Source: the human T2T-CHM13v2.0 reference genome, Homo sapiens. From it: a DNA stretch of 64,000 nucleotides. This document shows positions 32,746 to 52,080 of this stretch, piece by piece. Below the pieces are notes generated by a model, which searched no databases, had not been told where the DNA came from, and was given only the letters and a program-made list of their open reading frames with translations. The position numbers were made by a program, and so were the translations under genes. The stretch's first letter is position 1. The number at the start of each line of letters is the position of its first letter. The DNA lies in the NCBI RefSeq assembly GCF_009914755.1, contig NC_060941.1. One strand, 5' to 3'.

Positions 32746-33689
32746 CAAAAATGTCCAAGTTTCAACTGAAAATCACTAATCATACCAAGAGCCAGGAAGT
32801 TCTCAAATGAAATGAAGAAAAGCCAATCAATAAATGCCAATACCAAGATGACAGAGATGTTAGAATTATATGACAAAGATGTCAAAGCAGCCATTACAAA
32901 AATGCTTCAAAAGCAATTCTGAACACACTTGAAACAAATTAGAAAGTAGACAGCCTCAGGAAACAAATATAATATATAAAGATGAACCAAATGAAAATTT
33001 TAAAACTTAAACACAATAACTGAAATTAAAAAGTCAGTGGTTGGACATAATACCAGGATAGAGAGGGAACAGAGAAAAAAATCAGTGGAAGGAAGATAGA
33101 ATAATAAAAAGTACTCAATCTTAACAACAAAGTACCCAAAGGAATAATGGCTGAAAACGTCTCAAATTTGGTAAGAGACAAGAAGATGGGCAAACCTCAA
33201 AGAAGACAAAGCCCAAATAAATCTATACCAAGACACATTATAATGAAACTTCTGAAACCCAGAGACCAAGAGAAAAATCTTAAAAGCAGCCAGGAAAAAA
33301 AAAAAAAAAACACCCAGGGAAAAAACCTATTTGAATGACAGTGGATTTCTTATCAGAAACCATGGGGGCCATAAGTAAGTGGTACAGTGTTTTTCAAGTG
33401 CTGAAAGAAAAGAACTGTCAATCCAGAATCCTATAGTTAGTAAAAATATTCTTCAGAAATGAAGAGGAAACCAAGATATTCTCAGATGAAGAAAAACTAA
33501 ATTTTTCACCAGCAGAATTACTCTAAAAGAATGGCTAAAGGAAGTTCTCTAAACAAATGAAAAAACAGAAGAGGGAAATTTGGAGCATCAGAAAAGGAAG
33601 TGATAAAAGAAAACTTGGAGCATCAGAAAGAATACAATAAGCAAAAAAGGGGGAGAGTAAACACAATAGTTTTTCCTTCTATTCTTCAG

Positions 33690-33990
33690 TTTTTGTTTTG
33701 TTTTGTTTTGTTTTGAGACGCTCTGTCACCCAGGCTGAAGTGCAATGGCACAATCTTGGCTCACTGCAACCTCTCCCTCCCGAATTCAAGCAATTCCCCC
33801 TGCCTCAGCCTCCCAAGTAGCTGGGATTACAGGTGCCCACCACCATGCCAGGCTAATTTTTGTTTTTTTTAGTAGAGATGGGGTTTCACCATGTTGGTCA
33901 GGCTGGTCTCGAACTCCTGACCTCAAGTGATCTGCCTGCCTCGGCCTCCCAAGGTGCTAGGATTACAGGCGTGAGCCACCGTGCCCAACC
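33690..33990 (-). mobile_element. Alu (AluS-like)
   Basis: TSD ctattcttcagttttt. Confidence 0.96.
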
Positions 33991-35522
33991 TATTCTTCAG
34001 TTTTTTAAAAATATATTTAATAGTTGAAGTAAAAATGACATGTTTTATATGGTTCTAAAAGTATGCAGAGGAAATATTAAGACAATTGTATTATAAATAG
34101 TGGAGGGCAACAGGATTTAAAGGGAAACACAATTTCTATATTTCATTTAAACTGGCAAAATAATGACACTAGTAGACTATAATGGGTTATGTATATATAA
34201 TGTAATACCTACAGCACTACCTAAAAAGCTATACAAAGCTTTTCAAAAGTTATCCAAAATGCTGTAGATAAAATGAAATTTTAACAGAAGTATGAGTAAC
34301 CCACAGGAAAGCAGAAGAAAGAAAACAGAGAAATGAAAAATAGAACAAACAGAAAGGAAAAAATAAAATCAGAGATTTAAGGCCTAACACATCAATAATT
34401 ACATTAAATGTAAGTGGTAGAAGCAGGTCAACTTTAAAAGAGAGAGATTGGCAGAGTGGATTTTAAAACACAACCCAACTGTATACTGTCTATGAGAAAC
34501 TCACTTCAAATATAATGATATAGGAAGGTTAAAAGCAAAAGGATAGAAAAATATGTCATGCAAACATTAATCAAAAGAAAGCAAGGGTGGCTGTATTAAT
34601 ATCAGATAAAGCAGACTTCAGAGCAAAGAAAATTTCCAGAGACAGAGAGAGCCATTATATAATGATAAAAGGGTCAATCCACCAAAAAGACATAGCAATC
34701 TTAAATGTGTATGCACCAAACAACAGAGCTGCAAATCACATGAAGTAAAACTGATAGAACTGAAAGGAGATATACACATATCCAGTTAAAACTGGAGAAA
34801 GATAACAGGAAAATCTTCAAACTAAAGAACACACATCTAAATAACAAAGGAGTCAAAAAAGAGATCTCAAGGGAAATTAAAAAATACATTGAACTGGGTG
34901 AAAATAAACATACCATGTGTCCAAATTTGTGGAACGCAGCCAAAGTAATACCGAGAAGGAAATATATAGCACTAAATGCATATGTTAGAAAAGAGGAAAA
35001 GTCCAAAATCAATCTATGATCCCCCTGTAAGAACGTAGTAAAAGATGAGCAAAATAAATCCAAAGTGAGAAGAAAATAATAATGAACAAAAATCAATGAC
35101 ATTGAACACACACACAAATGGAAAAATCAATTAACCAAAGATCTGATTTTTTGAAAAGATCAATAAAATTGACAAACCTCTAGCAAGACTGACAAAGTAG
35201 GAAAGAAAGACACAAATTGTCAATATCAGGAAGGAAATAGGTGAAATCACTATAGACACTGCAGACATCAAAAGGATAATAAGGGAATACTACGAACAAC
35301 TCTAAATATTATAAATATGACAATCTAGATGAAATGGACCAATTCCTGGAAAAACACAAAGTACCACAACTCTTCAATAGGAAATAGATAATTTGAGTAA
35401 CCCTACAACTAAAAAGAAATTGAACTTATAATTTTAAAACTCCCTAAAAGGAAATCTCCAGGCCCAAGTTGTTTCACTGGAGATTTCTACCAAACACTTA
35501 AAGAATTACTAAACCAATTCTT

Positions 35523-35810
35523 GCCTGGGTGCAGTGGCTCACGCCTGTACTCCCAGCACTTTGAGAGGCTGAGGCAGGCGGATCACTTGAGCCCAGGAGT
35601 TCGAGAACAGCCTGCGCAACATGGCAAAACCACATCTCTACAAAATATACATATATAAAATTAGCCGGGCATGGTGGCATGAGCCTGTGGTCCCAGCTAC
35701 TCAGGAGGCTGAAGCAGAAGAATCACCTGAACCGGGGAGGCAATGGTTGCAGTGAGCTAAGGTCACACCACTGCACTCCAACCTGGGTAACAGAGCAAGA
35801 CCCTGTCTCA
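35523..35810 (+). mobile_element. Alu (AluJb-like)
   Basis: TSD taaaccaattct. Confidence 0.95.
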
Positions 35811-36881
35811 TAATTAAACCAATTCTACATTCTCTCTTTCAGAAAATACAAGAGGAGCGAGCACTTCCCAATATTGGCAATATTTTATAATGCCGATATT
35901 ACCTTAATACCAAAACCAGACAAAGACAACACAGAAAAGAAAACTACAGACCAAAATCATTAGTGAATATAGATACAAAATTCCTTAATAAAATATTAGC
36001 AAGTAGAATTCAGCTATATTGTAAAAAATGTACACACTAAGACTAAGCAGAGTTTTTTTCAGGGATGCAAGCCTGGTTCATCATTCAAAAATCAGTCAGT
36101 GACCTCCACTATATTAACAGGCTAAAGAAGAAAGATCACATAATAATATCAATAGATTCAGAAAAAGCATTTAACAAAATTCAACAGTTATTCATGATAA
36201 AAACTCCCAGAAAAACAGGATTAGAAAGAGACCACCTTACTTGATAAAGAGCATCTATATGAAAAAATAGAACAAACAGAAAACAAAAAATAAAATCACA
36301 GATTTAAGACCTACAGATTTAAGACCTACAGCTAACATTTTACTTAATCATGAAAGACTGAAGCTTTCCCCCTAAAGTTGGGAACACGGAAAGGACGCTG
36401 CTTTTATCACTTTTATTGAACATAGTGCTGGAAGTCCTAGCCAGTGCAATAAGGTAAGAAAAGAAAGTAAATGGCATACAGTTTGGGAAGAAAGAAATAA
36501 AACTATCCCCATTTGCAGATGATGTAATTGACCACATCGAAAATCCAGAAGAATCTGCCAAAAAAAAAAAAAAAAACACCTCATGGAACCAATAAGTGAG
36601 ATCAACAAGGTTGCATGACATGAGATGAACATATGAAAAAAATTATATTTCTACAAACTAGCAATGAACACGTGGACATCTAAATTAAAAATGTAATATT
36701 AACAATCGCTCAAAAATATGAAATAGGTATAAATCTAACAAGACAAGTACAGGACATTTATGCTGTAAATTATGTAATGTGATGAAAAATAACAAGATCT
36801 AAATAAAGGGAATAATAGTCCGTGTTGGTGGATTGGAGACTCAACATAGTAAAGATATCAGTTCTCCCCAAATAGATATAG

Positions 36882-37895
<1,014 letters not shown>

Positions 37896-38428
37896 AAAAG
37901 CTAAAACAATTTTGAATAAGAAGAGTAATGGGGGAGTAATCAGTCTACCCAATTTCAAGGCTTACTCTGAAGCTACAGTAATCAAGACTGTGTAGTGCTG
38001 GCGAAGAGAGAGACACATTAGACACATATATTAATGTAATAGATTAAAGAATCTAGAAATAGACCCCTACAGATATGTCCAGTGGATTTTTGACCAAGAT
38101 GTAAGAACAGTTCAATACAGGAAAGATAGACTTTTCAACAAATGGTGTTGGAGCAACTGGATATTCATAGGAGAAAAAAAAAAAAGGAACTTGGCCTAAC
38201 TCACACACCTTATACAAAAATTAACTCAAAAGATTGTGAACTTAAATGGGAAATGTAAAACTATAAGATTGTTTAGAAAAAATAGGAGAAAATATTTGGA
38301 ATCTAAGCTTATGCAAAGAGATTTTAGATTTGACCCACAAACGGGATCCAGAAGAGGAAAAATTGATATACTTGATGTCATCAAAATAAAAAAATTTGCT
38401 CTGAAAAGACCTCATTAAGAGGATAAAA

Positions 38429-40006
38429 GCTCCCTATTCAATAAATGGTGCTGGGATAACTGGCTAGCCATAGGCAGAAGATTGAAGCTGAACCCCTTCT
38501 TTATACCATGTACAAAAATCAAAGTCTTTAATCCAACTTTAAGATGAATTAAAGACTTAAATGTAAAACCCAAAATTATAAAAACCCTGGAAGACTACCT
38601 AGGCAATACCATCCTGGACATAGGAACTGGCAAAGATTTCATGACAAAGACATCAAAAGCAATCACAACAAACGCAGAACTTGACAAATAGGATCTAATT
38701 AAACTTAACAGCTTCTGCACAGCAAAAGAAACTATCAACAGAGTTAACAGACAACCTACAGAATGGGATAAGATATTTGCAATCCATGCATCTGACAAAG
38801 GTCCAATATCCAGCATCTATAAGGAATTTAAACAAATTTACAAGAATAAAACAACCTCATTAAAAAGTGGGCAAAGGATATGAACAGACAATGTTCAAAA
38901 GAAGACATACCTGCAGCCAACAAGCATATGAAAAAAGCTCAATATCGCTGATCGTTAGAGAAATGCAAATCAAAACCAAAATGAGATACCATCTTACACC
39001 AGTCAGAATGGCTATTATTAAAAAGTCAAAAAGTAACAGATGCTGGTGAGGTTGGAAAGAAAAGGGAACACTTATACACTGTTGGTGAGAGTGTTCAACC
39101 ATTGTGTAAAGCAGTATGGCAATTCCTTAAAGAGCTAAAAGCAGAACTACCATTCAACTCAACAATCCCATTACTGGGCATATATCCAGAGAAATATAAA
39201 TCATTCTACCATAAAGACACATGTGAGGCCAGGCGCGGTGGCTTACACCTGTGATCCTAGCACTTTGGGAGGCCGAGGCGGGCAGATCACGAGGTCAAGA
39301 GATCGAGACCATCCTGGCTAACACGGTGAAACCCCATCTCTACTAAAAATACAAAAAATTAGCCGGGCGTGGTGGTGGGCGCCTGTAGTCCCAGCTACTC
39401 GGGGCAGAAGAATGGCGTGAACCCGGGAGGCAGAGGTTGCAGTGAGCCGAGATCGCACCACTGTGCTCCAGCCTGGGCCACAGAGTGAGACTCCGTCTCA
39501 AAAAAAAAGAAAAAAAAAAAAGACACATGCGTATATGTTCATTGCGGCACTATTCAAAATAGCAAATACATGGAATCAACCTAAATGCCCATCAATGACA
39601 GATTGGATACAGCAAATGTGATACATATACACCATGGAATACTATACCACCATAAAAAAGAACGAAATCATGTCTTTTGCGGGAACGTGGATGGGGCTGG
39701 GTGCTATTATCCTCAGCAAACTAATGCAGGAACGGAAAACCAAATATCGCATGTTCTCGCGTATAAGTTGGGGAGCTAAATGATGAAAACTTATGAACAC
39801 AAAGATGGGAACAACAGATACTGGGGCCTACTTGATGGTGAAGGGTGGAGGGTGGGAGGAGGGGGAGGAGCAGAAAAATCACTATGGGTACTAGGCTTAA
39901 TACCTGGGTGACAAAATAATCAGTACAACAAGCCTCTGTGACATAAGTTTACCTATATAACCAACCTGCACGTGTACCCCCAAACCTAACATAAAAGTTT
40001 TTTTTA
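38429..40006 (+). mobile_element. 5'-truncated older L1PA (PA13-16-like) inserted in the L1M
   Basis: L1PA ORF2 3' end and 3'UTR; TSD aagaggataaaa at 38417-38428 and 40007-40018. Confidence 0.92.
39227..39521 (+). mobile_element. Alu (AluY/Sc-like) inside the L1PA
   Basis: TSD aaagacacatg. Confidence 0.96.
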
Positions 40007-40412
40007 AAGAGGATAAAAAGACAAGTTATGTGCAAATTTCTGTAGAGAAAATATTTGTAAGCTACATATCTGACAAAGGACTAGTACTGGAATATATAAA
40101 GAACTCTCAAAACTCAACAGTCAAAAAAGCAAAAATCCAATTAGAAGGTAGAGAAAAGACATGAAGAAGATAATACAGATGGCAAATAAACACATGAAAA
40201 GATGTTTAATATCATTAGCCATTAGGGAAATGCAAATTAAGGCCACAATGAGATACCACTACATGCCCATCAGAGTAGCTAAAATGCAAAACAGTGAAAA
40301 CACCAGATGCTAGCAAGGACACTGGATCACTCATACATTGCTGGTGGAAATGTAAAATGGTACAGCCACTCTGGAAAACAGTTTGCCAATTTCTTTAAAA
40401 ATTAAACATGCA

Positions 40413-41051
<639 letters not shown>

Positions 41052-41583
41052 AAACATGCAACTACCATACAATCCAGCAATCACACTCTTGGACATTTAT
41101 TTCCCCAAAATGAAGACTATATTCACACAAAAACATGTACATGAATACTAACCCTACTTGTATTCATTATAGTAAAAACTAGACACCCAGATGTCCTTCA
41201 GTAGGTGAACAGTGAAACAAACGATGGTCCATCTGGAATACTTCTGAGCAATAAAAAGGAACAAACGATTGATAAACACAACCACCCCTGGATGACTCTT
41301 GAGAGAATTATGCTGAGTGAATAATAAAGTCAATTGCAGAAGTCTATATACTGTATAGTTTTATTTACATGACATTCCTGAAATGACAAAATTATAGAAA
41401 TAGACTCATGGTTGCCAGGGGTTAAGGAGTGGGGAATGGGAGGGAAGTAGACACGGTCATAAGAGGGTAACATGGGGGATCCTTACGGTGATAGAAATGT
41501 ATCCTTTGAGTCCAGATTTCAGCTGGTCTGCAGCAAGGACTCTCCCAGCGGTAGGGAGGCTCACTCAAAAAGTCATGGCCCAG

Positions 41584-41894
<311 letters not shown>

Positions 41895-42179
41895 CTAACA
41901 CCGTAGATGATGGGGGCGGCTGTTATACAGGCTTCATCTGAGTGTTCTGTGGCTCCCACATCCAGCCTGGTATGAAATTTTGGCAACGTTAACAAAACAA
42001 CAACAAACAATCTATGTCTTAGAGATACTGAAGAATATACAGGTGGGACAGCTGATGAGAAATGCTGGATTCCATGCTAAGGAGTTTGGTTTGTATTTTG
42101 CAGGCAAAGGGCATCTATTGAAGGATTCTAAGTAGAAATAGTTACAAGATCAGATTTGTAATTTTGAAAGGTCATTGGG

Positions 42180-43141
<962 letters not shown>

Positions 43142-43801
43142 TAAGTTTTTCATGTATATGTGTTGTGAAAATAATATATATGGATTTTTTATGCAAAAAA
43201 GTAGATTTACATATGTTCAAGTAGAAAAATATCTAAAATGTGATCTTAAGGGGAAAAGTTGCAGGAAAGTGTGTGTAAAATAAGCCCATCCATGAGGGGA
43301 AAAGGATATGTGTACCTCTACTTTCATAGTCATAAAAATTTCTGGAAGGTCACACAAGAAGTGGGTTAACATTGGTTACTCTAAGAAGGTGGCTGGGGGG
43401 TAGAGGTCTATTTCTAGCTTTGTATATTACTGGAACTTTAACATCTGTGAACAGGTTTTACTTAGACAATTCAAACGCCTGATGTTTGCCTGCTCACAGC
43501 CTTTGACAGATACAGACACTTGCACGGCCATGTGGTACCCGAGGCTGTTAGAGTTAATTCCAGGCTGGATGCCACATAAGCAGGTGAGATGCGGGGCCAG
43601 GGGAGGCCCCTGACAGAGGAGGACATCTGAGTGAAGTTCCAAAGTGAGGTGTCTCAGCTTCGTGGAAAGCATGTAAGCACTGATGTTAGGCAAGCCCAAA
43701 TTTGAGGCTAGCTACTCACTCCCTCTGTGAACTTGGGCAAACTTATGAGCTTCTGCAAGTCCTACGGGATTGCTGGGAGGATTAGAACTGATCATATCTG
43801 T

Positions 43802-44112
43802 GGCTGGGCATGATGGTTCACGCCTGTAATCCCAACACTTCGGGAGGCAGAGGCTGGTGGATTACCCAAGGTCGGGAGTTTGAGACCAGCCTGGCCAACA
43901 TGATGAAACCCCATCACTACTAAAAATACAAAAATTAGCCAGGCGTGGTCGTGGGCGCCTGTAATCCCAGTTACTGGGGAGGCCGAGGCAGGAGAATTGC
44001 TTGAACCCAGGAGGTGAAGGTTGCACAGAGCCAAGATTACATCACTGCATTCCAGCCTCGGTGACAGAGCGAGACTCTGTCTCAAAAAAAAAAAAAACCA
44101 AAAAACAAAAAG
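43802..44112 (+). mobile_element. Alu (AluS-like)
   Basis: Dimer; TSD tatctgtg. Confidence 0.95.
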
Positions 44113-44282
44113 ATAGTATCTGTGAAGGGCACTGAAGAAGTACTGGTGTAAACATCTAATATATTTTTGAAAGATGAGGAGGTGGCAACAAAAAGAAGAA
44201 GGGGGTCCAAGAAGGGAACAGCACGTAGTGTGCTGGGCCCGAGCTGTGGGTGTTGGCCTGGGGCAAGTGTAGAGAGACACAA

Positions 44283-44715
44283 GGACAGCTTATGACAAGC
44301 ATTAAATCCCACGCTAAGAAGTTTGGTTGTATTTTGAAGGCAAAGGGCATCTACTGAAGGATTTTAAGTAGAAGTTGTTACAAGGTCAGATTTGTAATTT
44401 TGATAGGTTATGGGCCGCAAATTGAGGGCCAGGGTGGAGGGTTAAAAGTGAAATTAGGTAAGCCAATTAGAAAATTGTAGTAATCTGGAAGGCAGATGAA
44501 GACGACCTGAACTAAAGCATTTAGCTATGAAGGACGTGGAAACCATTAAGACCTAACACCTGTTGGATGCAACAGTCAAGGGGAAAGAAGGAAAAAACCA
44601 GAGAACTTTTGTCTGAAGCAACTGTGTGTATGGTGGTGAGTGCAGATAGACAGATAGAGGAATGGATCAGGAGGAAAGAAGAGTCCAGTTTCAGGTATAT
44701 TGAGTTTAATGTGTC
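44283..44715. mobile_element. L2 fragment
   Basis: gctaagaagtttgg...cagatttgtaatttt...gtagtaatctgg...gagtccagtttcagg. Confidence 0.65.
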
Positions 44716-44721
44716 TTTGGG

Positions 44722-45662
<941 letters not shown>

Positions 45663-45971
45663 TTAAGTCTTTGAATCCTATAACTGGTGATGTGGTAAGC
45701 TGCTAGATCTGTGAGGCTTGTACTTAAAGGGAAAAGCCTGTGCTGGCATTAAACACTACTTTGTTAGTGCTTGAGAGGATGGATGGCCAGAAAGGCCGTG
45801 GTTATTTTGGGTAATGGTCAAGCATGCCAGGGTTAAGACACCTGGTAGATGACTAAGTCTTAAGATTCTAAATAGAAGGCTGATCGCAAGTGTCAGTGTC
45901 AGCAACAATCAAGACATAAGGGTGTGTTAGAAGCTTCAGGATGACACCAGGAGGGCTTTGCTCAGAGTTAG

Positions 45972-46297
<326 letters not shown>

Positions 46298-46353
46298 TGA
46301 TTTTGAATGTCTCCAGCAAAAGCCTGAATTGTTTGTGCTTTCAAGGGGAACTA

Positions 46354-46664
<311 letters not shown>

Positions 46665-47870
46665 CTATGTCACTAATGGGGCAAATGGGGCTCTTTTCTG
46701 TGGACGAATGGATGCCTTCCCATGGTTTCCAACCTGGGTCCCTAGAGGAGAGGATTCCTCATCATCCATGGATCCTCTCAGATTGCTCAGTTGCATGATA
46801 TTAGATGCATGTGTGCATTTTCTGGGGCGAAAGGCCCCCAAATCATGACCGCAGCCACTGATCCTTTTCTTTCTCTTTCTTTTTCCACCTTCCTATTTCC
46901 CGTTTTTTCTTCTTTCTTGCCTGTATGCCTTGTGTTTAATAAGCCATGGGAGGAATTTGCTTACTCCACTGTCTCGCCCTGATCATCCCACATATGGCTA
47001 AAGTGACTGCTGACTCCTGGTCTAGAATGGTGCTTTCCAATCTTTAAAAATGCATGTATAATAGAACTTCCTCTGACCTGTTTGTTTTATGAAAGAAAAT
47101 TTTGAATGGATCTTTATAGAAAACCAACTTAACAAAATAAAAGGAGCAGTTATGTATGCAGAGGGGGAAGTCTGGGCCCCACCCACCAGGCCATTCCACG
47201 GACCCTGAGGGACCCCCAGAGTTCTGTGGAATCCCAGGTTTGAAAACTACTGGTCTAAAGCCAGGTGTTGGGGCAGAAATCCAGAGAGTAATTCCAGAGA
47301 GTTCCCCAAGGGAGGAGCACCCAAGTCCTCGAGGAGCCACATGGTTAGTATATTTCTGACCTGCGAGGTTTAAAAGCCTATCCTGACGGGGCAGCTTGAG
47401 GGGCTCTGGCTAGCCTTGTCAGTTATAGAATGTGGGTGAACCCGATGTTGCAAGCCCAATGTTTTCATCAGTTTGATCACCTCTATTCATGCCTATACAC
47501 TCCAGGTTGTAATGAAACTTCTGTCCAAGGTGGCCATTTGTGAATGATCTAGAGTAGAAGAGTTTGTAGGGCTACCTGCAAATCATCTCTAGGGCTGAAA
47601 AAAACCAAAAAACAAAAACTCAATTTAAACTGCAGAACAGTGTATATGAAAAGATCCCTTTTCATATTCATGCATCTTCAAATGGCTACTGGATATTTGA
47701 GAAATGATTATGAAATTATGTCAAATAAAGTCATTAGTCCCTGTTCTAGCTTAATTCCTTTTTGACTGTCCATAATGAGTACATGGGTATCCATTGCCTT
47801 CTTCATCTTCTTCTTGGGACAAAGAAGGGGCCATCTAGACAGTATGTCATCTGTAGTCTTGAAGATTTTA

Positions 47871-48197
<327 letters not shown>

Positions 48198-49158
48198 CTA
48201 CTCCGACTAAGAGCAGAAGTGCCCAATGCTTCAAGGCACCATGAAGACATGCGGCCTGACCCCTTCCTTCCCTGGCCCTTGGAGAGGCTAACTAACCTAT
48301 CCAGTTGCTAACAGACAGGTTCTTTTGGGTAACTTGGATGTTTCCATTCTCTTGAGGTTTGGTGCCCAGCTTGCAGGCCTAGTTCCCACTCTTCTCCATC
48401 TAGTTTTTGGATAGATTCTCTTACATAGCTTGGCTAAGATTATTCAACCTTCTGGGCTCAACTCTTCTGAAGCTACACTCATTTGAGGTCTCACTCCCCC
48501 ATAAGAGTGCCATTCCTTCTTCTACTGAGGGCTTTTATCACCTGCCCGGACTTGGATTGGACTTGTTCCATCTAGTTCCCTGCCACTCCTCTCACCCCTG
48601 CTTCCTCCCTGCCACCTGGCTGCAATTCCTGAGTGGGATACCCTTATTCCCAGGTAGGAACATAAACTCCAGAAACAGTCACTTCGACAGGCCATGCCTT
48701 TATTTAGGTGAGGATATCATTGCCCAATAATTTCTTCACAACTCTTCTCTTAGATCCTGTATCACATTATATTTTGATTATCTTCAGTATCTATATGTCA
48801 GGGATTGACTGTTTTTAAATGGCCAGACATTGTTCAGGGAAGGGCTCAGTGATTAAGGCTGTGATCAAACACAACACCACTATTCGTGTCACTAAAGTAA
48901 TAAAATGGATTTTCTTTTGTAATTTGCAAACTGGGCTCCAAAAGAAATTCCACTAGACTGTAAGCATGAGGGCAGGGGCTGTGTTTGTTCTGCTCATCAC
49001 TTTATGCTCAGCACCAAAAAGAGAAGTTGAAAAGTTGTAAGTGCTTGACCGATGTTTGTTGAGTGAATGAGTAGAAGGATTTCAAAGAATGTCTGGAGCA
49101 GAAACAGTATCATTCAGACAAGCAGATGACCTGGTAATATCCACCATCTAAAAGTTAT

Positions 49159-49755
<597 letters not shown>

Positions 49756-49805
49756 GTTCTTTAACCCACTGGCTTAGCACAGAAGTCATGATACCTGTTC
49801 TTCTT

Positions 49806-50131
49806 TGATACGGTTTGGATTTGTGTCCCCACCCAAATCTCATGTCAAATTGGAGGAGGGGCAGAATTCCCCCTTGCTGTTCTCGTGATAGTGAGTGAGT
49901 TCTCATGAAATCTGATGGTTTAAGTCTTCCCCCTTTGCTCGCTCGCTCTCCTGCCCACCCTGTAAAGAAGGTGCTTGCTTCTCCTTCGCCTTCCACTACG
50001 ATTGTAAGTTTCCTGAGGCCCTCCAGTCAAGCTTCCTGTTAAGCCTGCAGAACTGTGAGTCAATTCAACCTCTTCATAAATTACGCAGTCTCAGGTCATT
50101 CTTTATAGCAGTATGAGAATGGATTAATACA
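49806..50131 (+). mobile_element. MSTA-like solo LTR
   Basis: tgatacggtttgg...ggattaataca; TSD ttctt/ttcct. Confidence 0.92.
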
Positions 50132-50874
50132 TTCCTGCTTTATTCCTTATGCTCATGTGAAAATATACTGCAAGTTGCAATCCCTAAGAGTTAGTAACAA
50201 TTAAATCAGAAATGCAAACCTCAGGATCATCTACATATTGGAGCCATGTGTGCCGATGTTGCTCCAGAGGGACCCTCTGCAGAGGCTGTTGGTCAGTTCC
50301 AAACGTCTCAGTCTTTCCATTATAAGTCATTATTACCAGAAAATTTAAAAAATGTTTTCAAGTACAGTTCAGCGCTTTAGATAGATTTGTTTTTCTCTTC
50401 ATGTGGTAGAATCACATCTGGACATCAGTTAGATATATTTCATCTAAAAATAGCATTTATCCAATTTACTGTCACTGGAGGAGGTTTTTTTTTTAAGGCA
50501 GACTCTGCTTATAATTCTCTGTAGTCTTTCATGGCTCACTGCCATTTAATATAAAAAAAAGAAGGCATCAGATTGATTGTACGTGTAAGTGTGTGTATGG
50601 AAGCACAATGAAACAATAAGTTTCATAGACTGAAAAAAAAGACAACTGCCTTATCATTCCCCTTTTATTCATTTATTTTTTTGAGCTGTCACTGGTTACG
50701 TCGTTAAACCTTAAATTCAGAATCAGTGTGAACTCCACCAGATTCTTTTTAGTAATTACTTCAGGGCCACAAAACATGAATTTGGGGATTTTTTTTTTTT
50801 GGTCTGTTTTATTTGAGACTGGATTCTTTTTACTTATTTAGTGTGCCTTCTCAGCAACCTGCTATTTGGGTTTA

Positions 50875-51114
<240 letters not shown>

Positions 51115-51756
51115 TTAAAAGGAGTCAGGAAGAAGAGAGAAAGGAAAAAAGAGTAGAGGGTTAAAGCGCAGGCTCATGGAAGCCCATGGAGCAGGTGGCA
51201 CACATTTAGAAGCCGAAATTGGAATTAAATCTGACTAAAGAAAAATCAGCAAGCTGCTGCTTCTACCTAAGGCGCTGACATGAATCTGAGTTGGCTCTGA
51301 AAGGGACAGATTATAAATAAGGAAGCACTTAACAGTCTATTCCAACTGCACATTTATCAAGGTCCTCCTTCGTTCTGGAGACATTTATCTTCAGGGACAG
51401 GACTCTGACCCTCCTTGCCTTGTGGCACTGGGTCTGTCTCCTGGAAGAGAACTTTGTCTTTTGAGCTGTGGTGTTTGCCCTTTTTCTCTGAAGGCACGTC
51501 CTCCCCCAACTTCCCCCATGTGATGGGGATAAATTCTGTTTTCAAAATACCTTTCAAGCAGAGTTAATGGGTCTGACCTGTCGTGATTATAATGTATTGC
51601 CCCCTGCTTGTCAAAGTGGCGTTCCTGGTCCTCAGTTAGTACAGCCTGGGCTTGGAGACCCTTTCCATGCTTTGGGGAAGGATTTACCTGACTGCCTCCA
51701 CATCCTCTCCCCTTCTCCTTTGTGGCCTTTGATAGAAATGTTTAAAATGGCAGAGA

Positions 51757-52080
<324 letters not shown>

